Below, in pieces: positions 50,310 through 63,741 of a DNA stretch of 64,000 bases; position 1 is the stretch's first letter, and every line of letters begins with the position of its first letter. The stretch covers positions 5,766,001 to 5,830,000 of the forward strand of contig NC_043006.1 in NCBI RefSeq assembly GCF_006345805.1, written 5' to 3'. Under the pieces are notes generated by a model. It was not told the DNA's origin and did no database searches. It saw nothing but the letters and a program-made list of their open reading frames with translations. The position numbers were made by a program, and so were the translations under genes. The DNA comes from Octopus sinensis. Lineage: Eukaryota.

Positions 50310-50815
50310 CCAAATGAAGGCGCCAAGAACTGGCCCTCGCCTTTACTAAACTCTTCAATACCTCTTTCTTTTTTCTTTCTCTTTCTCTCTTTCTCGCATA
50401 CACACTATTTCCCCCTCCCTCTATCACTCATGTGCACATGCAGGACCCTCCTGATCATTGGAAACATGGCACAGAATATCTCGTTTCTAAGACTGAAAAT
50501 TCCTTTGACACCGAGACCTATAACCCAATCACAGTCACTTTTAATATCTCGAAACTAAGGGAGGTAATATTCATCAACTTGTCAATTTATTAGATTTCTT
50601 CTCATTTATGGCCTTCTTAAAACCCGATCTATTGGAAACACACTTTTCTTAGGTCAATCAAGATAGAGCTCTCGCCTACAAGATATTCTGAGAAAACCTT
50701 GCTTGTGCCCTTGGCATCAGAAAAACAGTTAACCATATCAGACAAGACATATTTCCAAGAAAAGATACTTGGCAATGGATACAATCTTTTCATCCAGACC
50801 AACCTTACTATTCCT
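50310..50815 (+). mobile_element. CR1/L2-group LINE reverse transcriptase relic
   Basis: ELALAFTKLFNTS, YNPITVT..ISKL, WIQSF; frameshifted. Confidence 0.55.
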
Positions 50816-50913
50816 TTTTGGTTAGAGATAAATGAATTTTTTCCACATTACTACAGAATAATTTGGTAAGAAGGGAGTTTAATTAAGACATCACTATATA
50901 ATTATTGTACTCT

Positions 50914-51436
<523 letters not shown>

Positions 51437-52640
51437 GTGTAGTTTCATATGAAGAAAGTTTAATTAGTACTTCTCATTACAAGTTATCACTTAATTTACT
51501 AGATCTCCTATAGCAAAAAACATCATAAGATGCTATTCCTGCTGGTATTTTATATATAAATGCATCCCGTACATTATTTTACTTTGTTGATAAATATGAC
51601 AAATAATCCCAATATCTCCTTTTTCTAAATAAACTGCCTAGAAATCTGAGAATTAAGTTCAATATCTTCGAAAAGCTATGAATTAGCTAAACCAGATTTA
51701 TTGATAAATCCTATCTGACAATTTGATATAACAGATTCTTACTTTTTTGCCTCAAAATAGATGTATTATTGATGGAGATTTGCTATTAAGAAGACTACCA
51801 CAATACGGCGATGTAGTACTAATCCAAGTGTAATAGGTTTGGTCAGAATAAATTGTTGATGTTTAAGATACAGCGTTAATGTTTTGTCGTACTTCCTGGC
51901 TGTCTGATACTATAAAAGACAGTCGTCAGGTGCATAAAATTGATGTTGCAGCGAAATCTATAACTGCTTTCTTGTTTGTTTTGACAGATTTCTTTATTTT
52001 TATTTTTTATTTTCTTCCTTTTTCTTTTCTTTCTTTCTTTTCTCTCTTTTTTCTTTTCTTTCCTTCTTCTTTTCTCTCTTTCTTCTTTTCTTTCTTTTTA
52101 TTTCACTCTTCAAACTCTCCTCGTTTGGGTTTATTTATAGAATTTCTTTTGAGATTTTGATTTCTTTGAAACCCAAACGTCTGAGTCCTGTTGAGTAATT
52201 TCTTGGTCTGCCACGAGAAGGAAAGATGGGTGAGGGTGAAGGAAAGAGACAGAGAGAAAAGAAGGAAAGAAAGAAACAAAGAAAGAAAGACAGAGGGGAG
52301 AGGCAGGTTGCTTTAAAATGAAATAAGCAAGCCTGAACTATGGTATAATCCTCTACATGGTCGCTCAATCACAAGAAATAGCAATCAAATCCTCTCAAAT
52401 CTCACCCTTACATCTCCCCCCCACTCCTGCCAAAAAATAATGACTTACTCTCCAAAAATATACAAAAAGGTATGGTGGTCATGTCTTTGATTACAGGTTT
52501 GATAGGTGAGGGCTAATCTTTCTCCTTGTGGGTAATAAAGAAATAGGTGAGGGCTAATCTGGAGTTAAATAACAACAATCCGAAATATAAACATGATTTT
52601 ATCTTTCAAAATGATACACATTACACAATAAAACACACTA

Positions 52641-53023
52641 AAAAAATAGTGGCACTCCGTCGGTTACGACGACGAGGGTTCCAGTTGATCCAATCAATGG
52701 AACAGCCTGCTCGCGAAATTAACGTGCAAGTGGCTGAGTACTCCACAGACACGAGTACACTTAACGTAGTTCTCGGGAAGATTCAGTGTGACACAGAGTG
52801 GGACAAGGCTGGCCCTTTGAAATACAGGAACAACAGAAACTGGAAGAAAGAGTGAGAGAAAGTTGTAGTGAAAGAGTACAACAGGGTTCACCACAACCCC
52901 CTGCCGGAGCCTCGTGGAGCTTTTAGGTGTTTTCGCTCAATAAACACGCACAACGTCCGGTCTGGGAATCGAAATCGCGACACTAAGACCACTGCCCTAA
53001 CCACAGGACCATTGCGCCTCCAC
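52641..53023 (-). mobile_element. SINE family C (tail type 1)
   Basis: Reverse complement of 17963-18292 with a longer 3' part. Confidence 0.85.
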
Positions 53024-53229
53024 AATAAAATCACAATAAAAACACAAATGTTAACAAAAATGTATTCTAATGTATTTACAATAATTGATGCAGATCAATA
53101 TCCCCCGAAATCACAGTTACTAATACAAATTATTTAATACTTTCTTTACAAAATAAATTACTGGTATTTTAACATTTCAATAATGTTGTGTTTCAAAGTT
53201 CGACTCCACCATACGGTGCAGATATTCTA

Positions 53230-53800
53230 AGGGCGGCGAGCTGGCAGAAACATTAGCACGCCGGGCGAAATGCTTTGCGGTATTTCGTCCGCCGCTGCGT
53301 TCTGAGTCCAAATGCCGCCGAGGTCGACTTTGCCTTTCATCCTTTCGGGGTCGATAGATTAAGTACCAGTTATGTATTTGACTTAATCCCTTTCTCTGTT
53401 CTTGTTTGTCTCCTTTATGTTTAGCCCCTTGTGGGTAATAAAGAACTAGGTATTTCGTTCTGAGTTCAAATTCCGCCGAGGTCGATTTTACCTTTCATCC
53501 TTTTGGGGTCGATAAATTAAGTACCAGTTACGCACTGGGGTTGATGTAATCGACTTAATCCCTTGCTTGTCCCCTCTATGTTTAGCCCCTTGTGGGCAAT
53601 AAAGAAATAAGAAACGTTAGCACACCGGGCGAAATGTTTAGCGGTAATTCGTGTCTTTGCGCTATGAGTTCAAATTCCGCCGTGGTCGACTTTGTCTTTC
53701 ATCCTTTCAGGGTCGATAAATTAAGTACCAGTTTCGTACTGGGATCTATCTAATCGAATGGCGCCTCTCCTAAAATTTCGGGCCTTGTGCATAGTGTAGA
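53230..53800 (+). mobile_element. Cluster of three nested/tandem SINE family D copies
   Basis: Three tttcatcctt..gggtcgat..aagtaccagtt cores. Confidence 0.85.
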
Positions 53801-54494
53801 AAAGAATATAACAACGTACCTCAGTTAATGATCCAATAAAAGGCCTAAATACACTATGTTATGATCATTTGTTCTTGTATATGGAATGAGACGCATTGTT
53901 CGATCTTGGTATCTTTTCTCAATATTTTTCAGTCGTGGGGATGCATTCTCCCTTTGATTATGCTACCGTAACTACAAGCTACTTTTCTGAATTTAAACCC
54001 GTAAACAAGGAGAGGAGAATCACCCAAGCTACGATGTGTACTTTTTCACTCTGCATCTTAATGATTTTTTTCATATTGTCAACAGTTAAACAAATAGTGT
54101 TTCTTTCTTTTTCTTTTTTTAATTTTTGAAACTGACAAGTAATTGAGGTTGTTAGACATCCCTCAACAGAAATTAGCAAAAGATTTAACCTCAGGTGAGT
54201 TGGTGTTTGGGAAGGTAAACAAATATTTATATCCGAGTCGCTGAAAGGATAGAATTAAACATCTTAAACTTAAAATTAAGCATCTCAATTAAATATTTGA
54301 AGCTTTGACCTACATTTATGGATTGTTAATTAGCTATAGTGTTTCAAGATAAAGTTGATAAATGATAAAAACTCAACCTCTTTATCTTTAGAATTTAGAG
54401 TTAACCTCTCTGTGTAGAGAGGCTAACTCTAAATTCTATTCTCGACAGTAATGCGTGTAGAAGTGTTCTATACAAATATACATCAAAATAACTG

Positions 54495-54648
54495 TGTAAC
54501 AGGATAAGAAGGATGAAGATCTCAGGAACACTTGATGGGTGTCGGTCTTATCCTGTCACATTCAATTGTGTCGAAAGGAAAACCAAAACTTCGACTATCT
54601 TCAACAGTAATAAATAGTACTTTATTTTGTCTGGATTCGCAAATAAAA
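54495..54648. mobile_element. Decayed one-ended copy of the 47588 MITE, opposite orientation
   Basis: tgtaacaggat..acacttga..ggtcttatcctgtcacatt plus the reverse-complemented internal segment. Confidence 0.65.
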
Positions 54649-54869
54649 TATATACACGTATATTTTCTTCAGGGCGAACCGGTAGCCAAAGCCATAAAAC
54701 TATTCACAATAGTTAACTTGTGTGAGCCAAAGTGCTGTCTCTGTTCCCACGTAGAAGGGGGCTTCTCTACGTGTTAGGTTTTCCTTGAGAGAAGGTTGAG
54801 TCTTGTCCACTCGATATGGCTGCAGCTTCAAAAAAGACCGATCTAGCGGGAAAACATTCTGTTGGCAGT

Positions 54870-54976
54870 TCTCTGCGCATGCGCATGAGGGAACTTCCGG
54901 CGGCCTACCGAAAGTAATCCAACTCTGCGCATGCGCGCTGAAAACTTCCAAAATAGCGTCACTACAACTGCATGGG
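54870..54976. promoter_or_regulatory. Housekeeping-type promoter motif cluster (2x NRF1, ETS/GABP, ZNF143-like)
   Basis: TGCGCATGCGCA 54874-54885, ACTTCCGG 54893-54900, TGCGCATGCGCG 54926-54937, ACTACAA 54961; locally CpG-rich, non-repetitive. Confidence 0.7.
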
Positions 54977-55652
54977 TTTGAACTAAAGACCTTTAAGTTG
55001 GTAATCAGACATTATATCAACTCGGACATTTCATACTATAATGAAAGGAAATGGTAACTTGTATCCGATAGGAAACTATTGTAAAATTCGATGGAATTTC
55101 ACTTGTACAACTTCTTTTATTGGTGGTCACACACAGTCCAACATACCATGCACATTAGCCTATTGAACTGTCACACAATATTTCTTGTATGTCTAAATAA
55201 AACAACTTTTGGTAAAGTTTGGAGAAACTCTTCACAGTAGATAAAGTATCAAGTTACTCTTGATTTCGGAAACCGAAACTACAAAACCAAGTTCCACAAC
55301 CTTTTGACAACTACCGTGCTGCCAATCTCTGTAACTATTGCATGCATTTCGGTAATTTCTATCGCTATAGAGAAGAGTTTGGAGAAGTGTCTGGTTTTGC
55401 TTGAAACAGATTACTAATGCAATTCTGAGATGATTTAAATATAGACGGAGAGTGTGTACCTGTTTGAATTAATGCCAACTTGATGATCACAGAGTAGGTT
55501 TCTTGATATATGAAGAAAGGATCATTGATTTTTCTTCTTCGGGCGGGTCTCTGCCGTTTTCTTGGCAGCAGATCTCTTTTTACACTTATAACCACACTTA
55601 GGTGCATTTTATTACTGTAAGTACCTGCATGCATGCATAAATACATACATAA

Positions 55653-55752
<100 letters not shown>

Positions 55753-57149
55753 ATTTTATGTTATATATTCAGATTTCTTCTGCAATAAGCAAGGGGCAGA
55801 ACAAGTTAGCAGAATATTTCTGAACGGATATTTGTCGACGAGCTGGCATCAACTGAAGTATTATTTTTCGTCTGAGTGGTTTTACACAAGAAATATCTGT
55901 ATCTTTCTCGGATCAATAGAATTCTGTAACTATTTTGTAGCTGTCTTCTTGTAGTTAGAGGCTTTGAATCAAACGAACAATATGTCAGATTCAGCAAATA
56001 TAATCCGATAATTTCAAACTGCCTAAAGAATCTTGTGAATATTTGTTTCACTGAAAGAGAGAATGCAACTGTGCAAAAGGATGATTTGTTTGCATATACT
56101 GTGTGTTAGTCGGCAGTTATATTTCCAGAAACATAAGACACCGGGCCAAATGCTTAACGGCATTCCATCTGTCTTTATGTTCTAAGTTCAAATTCCGCCG
56201 AGGTTGTCTTTGCCTTTCATCCTTTCGAGGTCGATAATAAGTGTCTGTTGAACTTTAGGGTCGATATAATCGACTTACACCCTGCCCCAAATTTGCTGGC
56301 CTTGTACTAAAATTTGAAGTCAATATTTCTAGAAACATCCCAAATTAATGCATAGTTATTACAGCTAATAGCTAGAAAATTTGATTTCTAGCGTTGATAA
56401 CGAAGCTTATATTTCTAGTGTGCTAAAGACAAGCTTCGCAAAACAATGTTCTCAACAAGCTGATGGTCATTGCATGCCAATTTTTTGTTAATTACTTCCA
56501 ATGAATGCTCTCGTATTGAAACTTATTTTAATTATAGCATTACTAATTGATAATAGACTGGTTAAAGATTTATTTGTAGAAACAAAAAAATATTTCAAAT
56601 GAAGCGTGTGTCCACAAATAGACGTAAAGCATGTTGATAAACAGGTTGTCAATGTTATTTCTACATTTGATATTATTGAAAATGAGATCGATGGATGACA
56701 GACACGGCACAACACCGGAGAAAGTTCTTCATGCAATTTAGTTCCGTTCTCAAACCTTTTCAGTTTTGGGAACCACATATGGTTCTCAAACATTTACTTA
56801 AAATGGGCATAACTCTCCCCAAAGTATCAACCATGATCTATTAAGACTATTAAACGTATGAACACAACTGGTTTCTTGTATAAAATAAGACTGCTTCCAT
56901 GTGTTAAATAAGACAGGTTTCATGGGACAAGTTTCCAGACGAGGCCATGAGTGCCCCACCAAAATGCAAGAATATGAAATGAAGTTGGGGTGCGAATATT
57001 CATTGGATTAATACTGACAAAATATAAAATATTAAATATTTGAAATGGAAAATAAATTTTGGTAAATAAATATGAAGCATGAATGCAAATACATGAGAAT
57101 TTTCAGTAAGAAATGAAAGCATGAAAAAGTTTACCCTTCAGTATATATA

Positions 57150-57380
57150 TTTCTTTACTACCCACAAGGAGCTAAACATAGAGGGGACAAACAAGGACAG
57201 ACAAACGGATTAAGTCGATTACATTGATTCCAGTGCGTAACTGGTACTTAATTTATCGACCCCGAAAGGATGAAAGGCAAAGTTGACCTCGGTGGAATTT
57301 GAACTCAGAACGTAACGGCAGACGAAATACGGCTACGCATTTCGCCCAGCGTGCTAACGTTTCAGCCAGCTCGCTGCCTT
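57150..57380 (-). mobile_element. SINE family D with 16-bp TSD
   Basis: TSD tacccttcagtatata at 57132-57147 and 57383-57398. Confidence 0.9.
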
Positions 57381-58152
57381 CCTACCCTTCAGTATATAAC
57401 CTACACTTTCCAAGTTTAAATATTATATTTTATCATTTTATGATATTATTATAAACTTTCGACATTGCAAATCAAAGTAATTTTATTGTTGTTCTAATGG
57501 TTATGTACAAATAAAAAGGATTAGTCTACGCGGGCCACATGTGGCACTCGAACACCTGACAACAGCCATTCTTAAACACACAATCGTAACCGAACCCATT
57601 CTTAATTATACTTGACACCACCTTTCAATACATATCTGCGCCCATGAAGTTAAATATCGATTTCGTGAATAAGAATGGGCAATGTACTATTAAAATATTA
57701 TGGTTTATATAGTGATATGGGGTAATTAAAAGATCAATAAGAATATGGGCCAATGAATTTTGGTGATTGAAAATGAATATTTTAGTTGTCATTCTCCATA
57801 TTATTGTTCTACAATGCAACCAAAATCTATATTCTTTTATTCTTTTACTCTTTTCTCTCATTGTATTGCGACCAAGCTGGGGCACCACCTTCAACGGTTT
57901 CCTTGAACATACCGACCCCATTACTTCTTTGAATGTGCTACTTATTTTATTGATCTGTATATATCGAACCGCTAGCTAATGCACATATAAAAGCAATCGC
58001 TGTTATACAGATGCATTCGTGTTATATGTGTGCTTGTGCGTGCGCATGCGTATCAGTCTGAGTGTCTGTATGTCTCTGTGTACCTGCGTGTGTTTGCGTG
58101 TATGTGTCATACCTGCACGCAGTCTTTCGATTTTACAATAATTTTCAACTTA

Positions 58153-58370
58153 CGAAGGGGCGCTGGAAAGTTCCTGGCTTTGGGTAAAAGAAAAATATAG
58201 GAGGTTCAGTTAATTATGATTTTATTCAACATATTCTCCTGTCAGATTCACACACTTATTGCAGGGGTCCTTCAGTTTTTCTAAGCCCTGTTAAAGAACT
58301 CGGAAGGTTGGACCTCCAGCCAGGCCTTTCGCGACACCTTTAAAGCCAAGAACTTTTCAACACCCGATCA
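58153..58370. mobile_element. Tc1/mariner-type MITE
   Basis: TA|cgaaggggcgctggaaagttcctggctt...aagccaagaacttttcaacacccgatca|TA; imperfect ~29-bp TIR. Confidence 0.7.
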
Positions 58371-58444
58371 TATATTTGTTTATATTTACATATACATATT
58401 TTAAAACTTACATGCTTGCATTAGTTCTTTCCTTCTCTCTTCCT

Positions 58445-58475
<31 letters not shown>

Positions 58476-59142
58476 CTCTCTATCTCTCTCGCTATCACAC
58501 ACACTCTCTCTCTCTCTCTCTTCTTTCCTTCTCTTCCCTCTATCGCTTTATTTTGTACACAACTGTTCCTGGTCAGGTAACAAGCACCTTTTGTTTTAAT
58601 ATTATCCAATCAGAATTTGTGTCTGGCTATTCAAATATCTCCACTTTTAAACTCTTCCCTAAGGTTATATTTTCATAATCGTCCGAAGGCCGGAAAGGGG
58701 TAACTTGGGGTTACACTTTGAGAATGTTCAGCTTCGTTCATGTTCACACATGAATGTTAATATCCATATGCACACGCGAGCATACACTCACATGCACACA
58801 AACGCGCGCACACACACATACACACACATACACACACACATATATACACATATGTATACATATATACATATTATATTATACTGTATTGTATTGTCTCAAA
58901 CACACTAAATGGGGGCCTTTGCAGTTTTTGTCTGCCAAATTCCATTCACAAAGAATTAGTCAACCTGAAGTTACAGCAAAAAAAAAGAATCCGACCCTAG
59001 TATTCATTTTTAAACTTGATACTTATTCTATCGGTTATTTTTATCGAACCACTAGGTTACAGGGACAAAAACAAGCCAGCACCTGTTATCAAGCAGCGGT
59101 GAGGAACAAAACAAGGATACACACATATAGATATTTGTGCAC

Positions 59143-59218
<76 letters not shown>

Positions 59219-60072
59219 TCGACGAGCTTCTTGCCCAAAATTCCACGCAGTGAACATCTGGCAATGTGGCTTCATTTCTATAAAATGAAAGAGCTATCAA
59301 CGGATTCGCATTAGAAACGCTATTTTATGAAGACCTGATCGTATGCTGTTTACCCCATCTGCGTTCTGCACCATTTTGCTCTTCAGCCGAGTTCTGTTCT
59401 TCTCGATAAACATTTTAATAACGGCTTATCTTCTCATGTTGACACATCTCGCGTTTACATGTCTGATTCAATCACAAAATAACACATTTTCAATGATAAA
59501 CGAAATCTTTGTCAGAATTACATTCGATGCACATCATTGCAACTTGGGCGAGTGATAAAGAGACACTTGAGAGCGTTGTCTTATAAAGGATTAATAGCTC
59601 TAATCGATATTACACCGCTTCTTATAGCTATTCCAGGCTTTCTGAGACTAATATTAATATTTATCTGAATAAACAATCAACAAATAACACGATACCTTCA
59701 AACAGCGCTGTAAAGATAGTAAAGTGGGCGCTAATACATAATTTTAGGAGCCAAACCCTGCAATTTCAATTTATTTTAATAGTACTGCAGTCGACATTAA
59801 GGCGATAGATATTGCCTGTGAAGTTATCCATAAAACTATTTTTATATTTTGAGATTAGATCAAATCTTGCTGTTTCGCACAAGATCATTACAGATTGGGC
59901 AGGCATATAAAAAAGGCGTTCCATTAATGACCATCCCGTCTTATTTTCAGACAATGTATCTATAATTACATTAATTAATGCTCTTCCTCCTTTAAAACAG
60001 TAGGATTTTATTTGAGCGCTAGTTTAGTAGGCAGGCTAGTCGATTACACTGACCCTAGAGTGTTACTGGTTC

Positions 60073-60709
60073 TGTAGAACGACCGTGCGAAAAGAGAGGT
60101 CGCTTTACAATAAAAGCCAAAATATGGATAAATGAGTATGAGTGCCAGAAGGAAAAGAAAGACGACACAACCGTAGAATGTTAAGAGAAAGGTTTTATTT
60201 AGGTGTTAGCAGAGTGTGTGTCTGTGTGTGCAAGATTTGATCTGAGCGAAGTTGCTGTGTACGTAGAGATGTTGGTGGCGTCGATAAGATGAAGGCGACG
60301 GTGATGGAGGTCCTGAATGCTGCTAGACGAAGTGTTGATGTGTTTCTCCATGTCGTTGCTGGTGTAGTCGCTGGAACTGGCTGTGTGCTCTGTGGTCAGT
60401 GGTTAGACCTTAGAAGGTCTAGAACCGAAAGACGAAATACGGTTTGTTGATCTAGCTTTTTCTAGGAACTAGGAGGCTTCAACGGAGAATTTAGAAGACT
60501 GTGTCACGGGACCTTATCAGAAGGCTGAGATTGGTTGGGTTGCACATTTGGCGCGTAATAGAGCAAGAGACAAATTGCGCCAATACCAACCAATCAGAGT
60601 AGTGGAAACTACAGGGTCCAAGCGGCCGAAGGTTAGCTGTTATCTGCTATGTCCGTATCTATGTTATATATGACAGACAGAGAGAGAATTTCACTAAGCG
60701 TCCGCTACA
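60073..60709 (-). mobile_element. Solo LTR (Ty3/gypsy-like)
   Basis: TGTAG...CTACA ends; 4-bp TSD GTTC at 60069-60072 and 60710-60713; minus-strand AATAAA at 60194-60199. Confidence 0.82.
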
Positions 60710-61270
60710 GTTCTTTAGTATTTTATTAGCTGAAAGATTTAAAAGATAAGCTTAGTGATACAGAAATGCGAACGAAGAATATTTCCTTTGATGGTATTTC
60801 CTTTGGTGTTATGCGTTTTCTACTTATTCCACCGCGCTAAGAAGGCACTCAGTCTCCTTTGGGTTTCTGCTCCTTTTCTTGGGTTTCTGCTGCCGCTATA
60901 ATGGTCGCTCTTCCTTGTGCCGCATCTTCTCAGGCATTACAAGCTCACTCATCTCGCTTCTTCTCACTATCCATGTTCTGTTCACTCGCATCCCCATGCC
61001 TCGCTACTAAACATATCCCTTATCCTTTCCCTCCACAACGTCAGTTCTCTGGCATTTCCTCCAAGCATCATATCTGATGCTTCATCCGATTCTGCCATAC
61101 TCCCGACTTTTGTATATGATTGCACAAGCACGTATGTGTGTGTTTGTGTATGTGTATGTGTGTGTGTACATACACACATATATTCAAACTTATATATGTA
61201 CTTACACACACATACACACACTAATATACATACATACATACATACATACATACATACATACATACATACA

Positions 61271-61300
<30 letters not shown>

Positions 61301-61303
<3 letters not shown>

Positions 61304-61566
61304 CACCGTACTTACCATGACCGACCAGGCTATCAGATCTTGCTACACGTCGCTGGTCACAATGCGTTTCGCAGGCCAACAGAAAGAAGAGTGAGAGAAA
61401 GTTGAGGCGAAAGAGTGCAGCAGCGATCACCACCACCCCTGCCGGAGCCTCGTGGTGCTTTTAAGTGTTTTCACTCAATAAACACTCACAACACACGGTC
61501 TGGGAATCGAAACCGCGATCCTACAACCGCGAGTCTGCTGCCCTAACCACTGGGCCATTGTGCCTT
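61301..61566 (-). mobile_element. SINE family C (tail type 3)
   Basis: Family C head with a ctgttggcctgc...tgtgacc tail like the 11634 copy. Confidence 0.82.
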
Positions 61567-61602
61567 ACACACACACACACACACACACATACACACACAC
61601 AC

Positions 61603-61652
<50 letters not shown>

Positions 61653-61781
61653 TACTTTATGTAATTATGAATATAATTATAATTAGGGTTCAGCAAAAGA
61701 ATTTGCTTTGCTACATACCGAACGTTTAGAAATACCAGCCAAAGAACTTAGCTATTTCTTCTACTATAAGAAGAATCTCCC

Positions 61782-61866
<85 letters not shown>

Positions 61867-62303
61867 GGAGTAAACACATAAATGTGAAACAAGGTGGAAA
61901 AAAGAGTACTCAAATACCAGTGGTAGAGTAATATGCTTTATTTAAAGCAACGGGAAACTCAGAGTAACAGGTTTTGTTGAATTTTCTGCTGCTTTAAATA
62001 AAGTATATATATATATATATATACTTAGATATAAGAGAACAAAGTTCTTGTCCCATTTTGTATTATATATATATATATATATATACTTACCTATAAGAGA
62101 ATAAAGTTTTTGTCCCATTTTGTATTAACCGGCAAAATTCTCTGCAGAGAATTATTTTCTGCAGAATTATTTCCGGTATTTTGACGCGCCAAAACGAAGA
62201 CTTTTGAAATATAACCCCAAATGTAATTGGTAGAACTATATACATGTCCAATCTCATGCGGACGTTCCATTTATAGTTCTGCAAATTATATTTTGCTATC
62301 ACG

Positions 62304-62371
62304 ATCACACTGACGAGTTGCGGACATCTACGTAATTACGTAAGTGGTAACAAAGAAACCGGGTTTGTGAT
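62304..62371 (+). ncRNA. Type I hammerhead-like motif with extended stem II
   Basis: ATCACA-CTGACGA-GTTGC...GTAAC-AAA-GAAAC-CGG-GT-T-TGTGAT; 6-bp stem I. Confidence 0.6.
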
Positions 62372-62630
62372 TAATCTCTATATTTTGTATCTTTTCATTT
62401 GTCTTGCTCGCTTACGTTCTGGCATTTGCTAAATTTTCTTGAGAACAATCTTTTCTTAGTGGTAAGACCATATAGGTCGACTTCTAGCATAATGGATGTC
62501 CACTTAATGGTCATCCTTCCTATATGTATGTAATATAATTTTTCTGAATAATCTTCAGATTTTTCTATATGCTAGACCACTGGTTTTAAATTGATATCAA
62601 TCAAATTAATATTCAAGTTTTCACCCTTAT

Positions 62631-62706
<76 letters not shown>

Positions 62707-62854
62707 TGTGTCTGTGTGTGTTTGCTTGTGTGTATAATTAATAATAATATACATATACATTATATATTATTATTAATTTAATGTATAAATTACCTATGGA
62801 TTTTTATAGCATGCTGACTACCTGATAAAAATCATTAACGTGATTTTTTATCCT

Positions 62855-62892
<38 letters not shown>

Positions 62893-62924
62893 ATCTATAT
62901 CTATATCTATATATACATCTGGGA

Positions 62925-63268
62925 TCTGGGATCCCCTTCGGTCACGACACTGACCGTGGGATTGCACCTAGAAAGTTACCCTCCTAGTCACAAGTCTGGG
63001 CAAGGTGGGTTTTTTTATGGAAGACCAGCAGCCGCCCATGCATACCGGCCTCCCCTCTCCACGCCACCAGTGTTATCCAAGGGAAAGGCAAAGGTCGATA
63101 CAGCTTGGCACCTGTGACGTCGCAACTCATTTCTACAGCTGAGTTAACTGGAGCAACGTGAAATAAAGTGTCTTGCTCAAGAACCCAACACGCAGCCCGG
63201 TCCGGGATTCGAGCTCACAACCTCACGATCGTAAGCTCGACGCTCTAACCACTGAGCCATGCGCCTTC
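62925..63268 (-). mobile_element. SINE family E, full length
   Basis: Head gaaggcgcatggctcagtggttagagcgtcgagcttacgatc on the minus strand. Confidence 0.87.
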
Positions 63269-63326
63269 ACTTTATATATATACATACATACATACATACA
63301 CTTTATATATATACATACATACATAC

Positions 63327-63386
<60 letters not shown>

Positions 63387-63484
63387 ATCAAAAAACGAAG
63401 AAGAAACACAGAAAAAAAAACAGCAACGCGAGGACGTGGTACATGTAAAGTATTAGCAGACGTTCAGTGAAGGAACGAAAGATG

Positions 63485-63520
63485 GTTTAACGTTTCGAGC
63501 AGGCGCTCTTCTTCAGAAAC
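63485..63520 (-). ncRNA. Minimal type I hammerhead ribozyme motif
   Basis: Minus: GTTT-CTGAAGA-A-GAGC-GCCT-GCTC-GAAAC-GT-T-AAAC. Confidence 0.75.
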
Positions 63521-63695
63521 AGAGGAAAGTCCAATAAAAAGGAAGAAAATCGCCAATGTATGTATGTATGTATGCATGTATATTATATACACACATACAC
63601 ACATGCACATATATATACATAGGAGAGGTGCGTGTTCGTCCATAGTATATATATATACACACACACATATCATATATATAGACACACATATATAT

Positions 63696-63741
<46 letters not shown>

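Noticed and set aside
54700-54951. 83-aa minus-strand ORF, or a snRNA/telomerase RNA at the promoter
   Set aside because: The ORF runs through the motif cluster with no homology; no snRNA signature or CTAACCCTAA template was seen
55365-55646. 93-aa minus-strand ORF with a basic stretch (KRQRPARRRK)
   Set aside because: It starts in microsatellite-adjacent DNA, has no recognisable domain and only weak splice context
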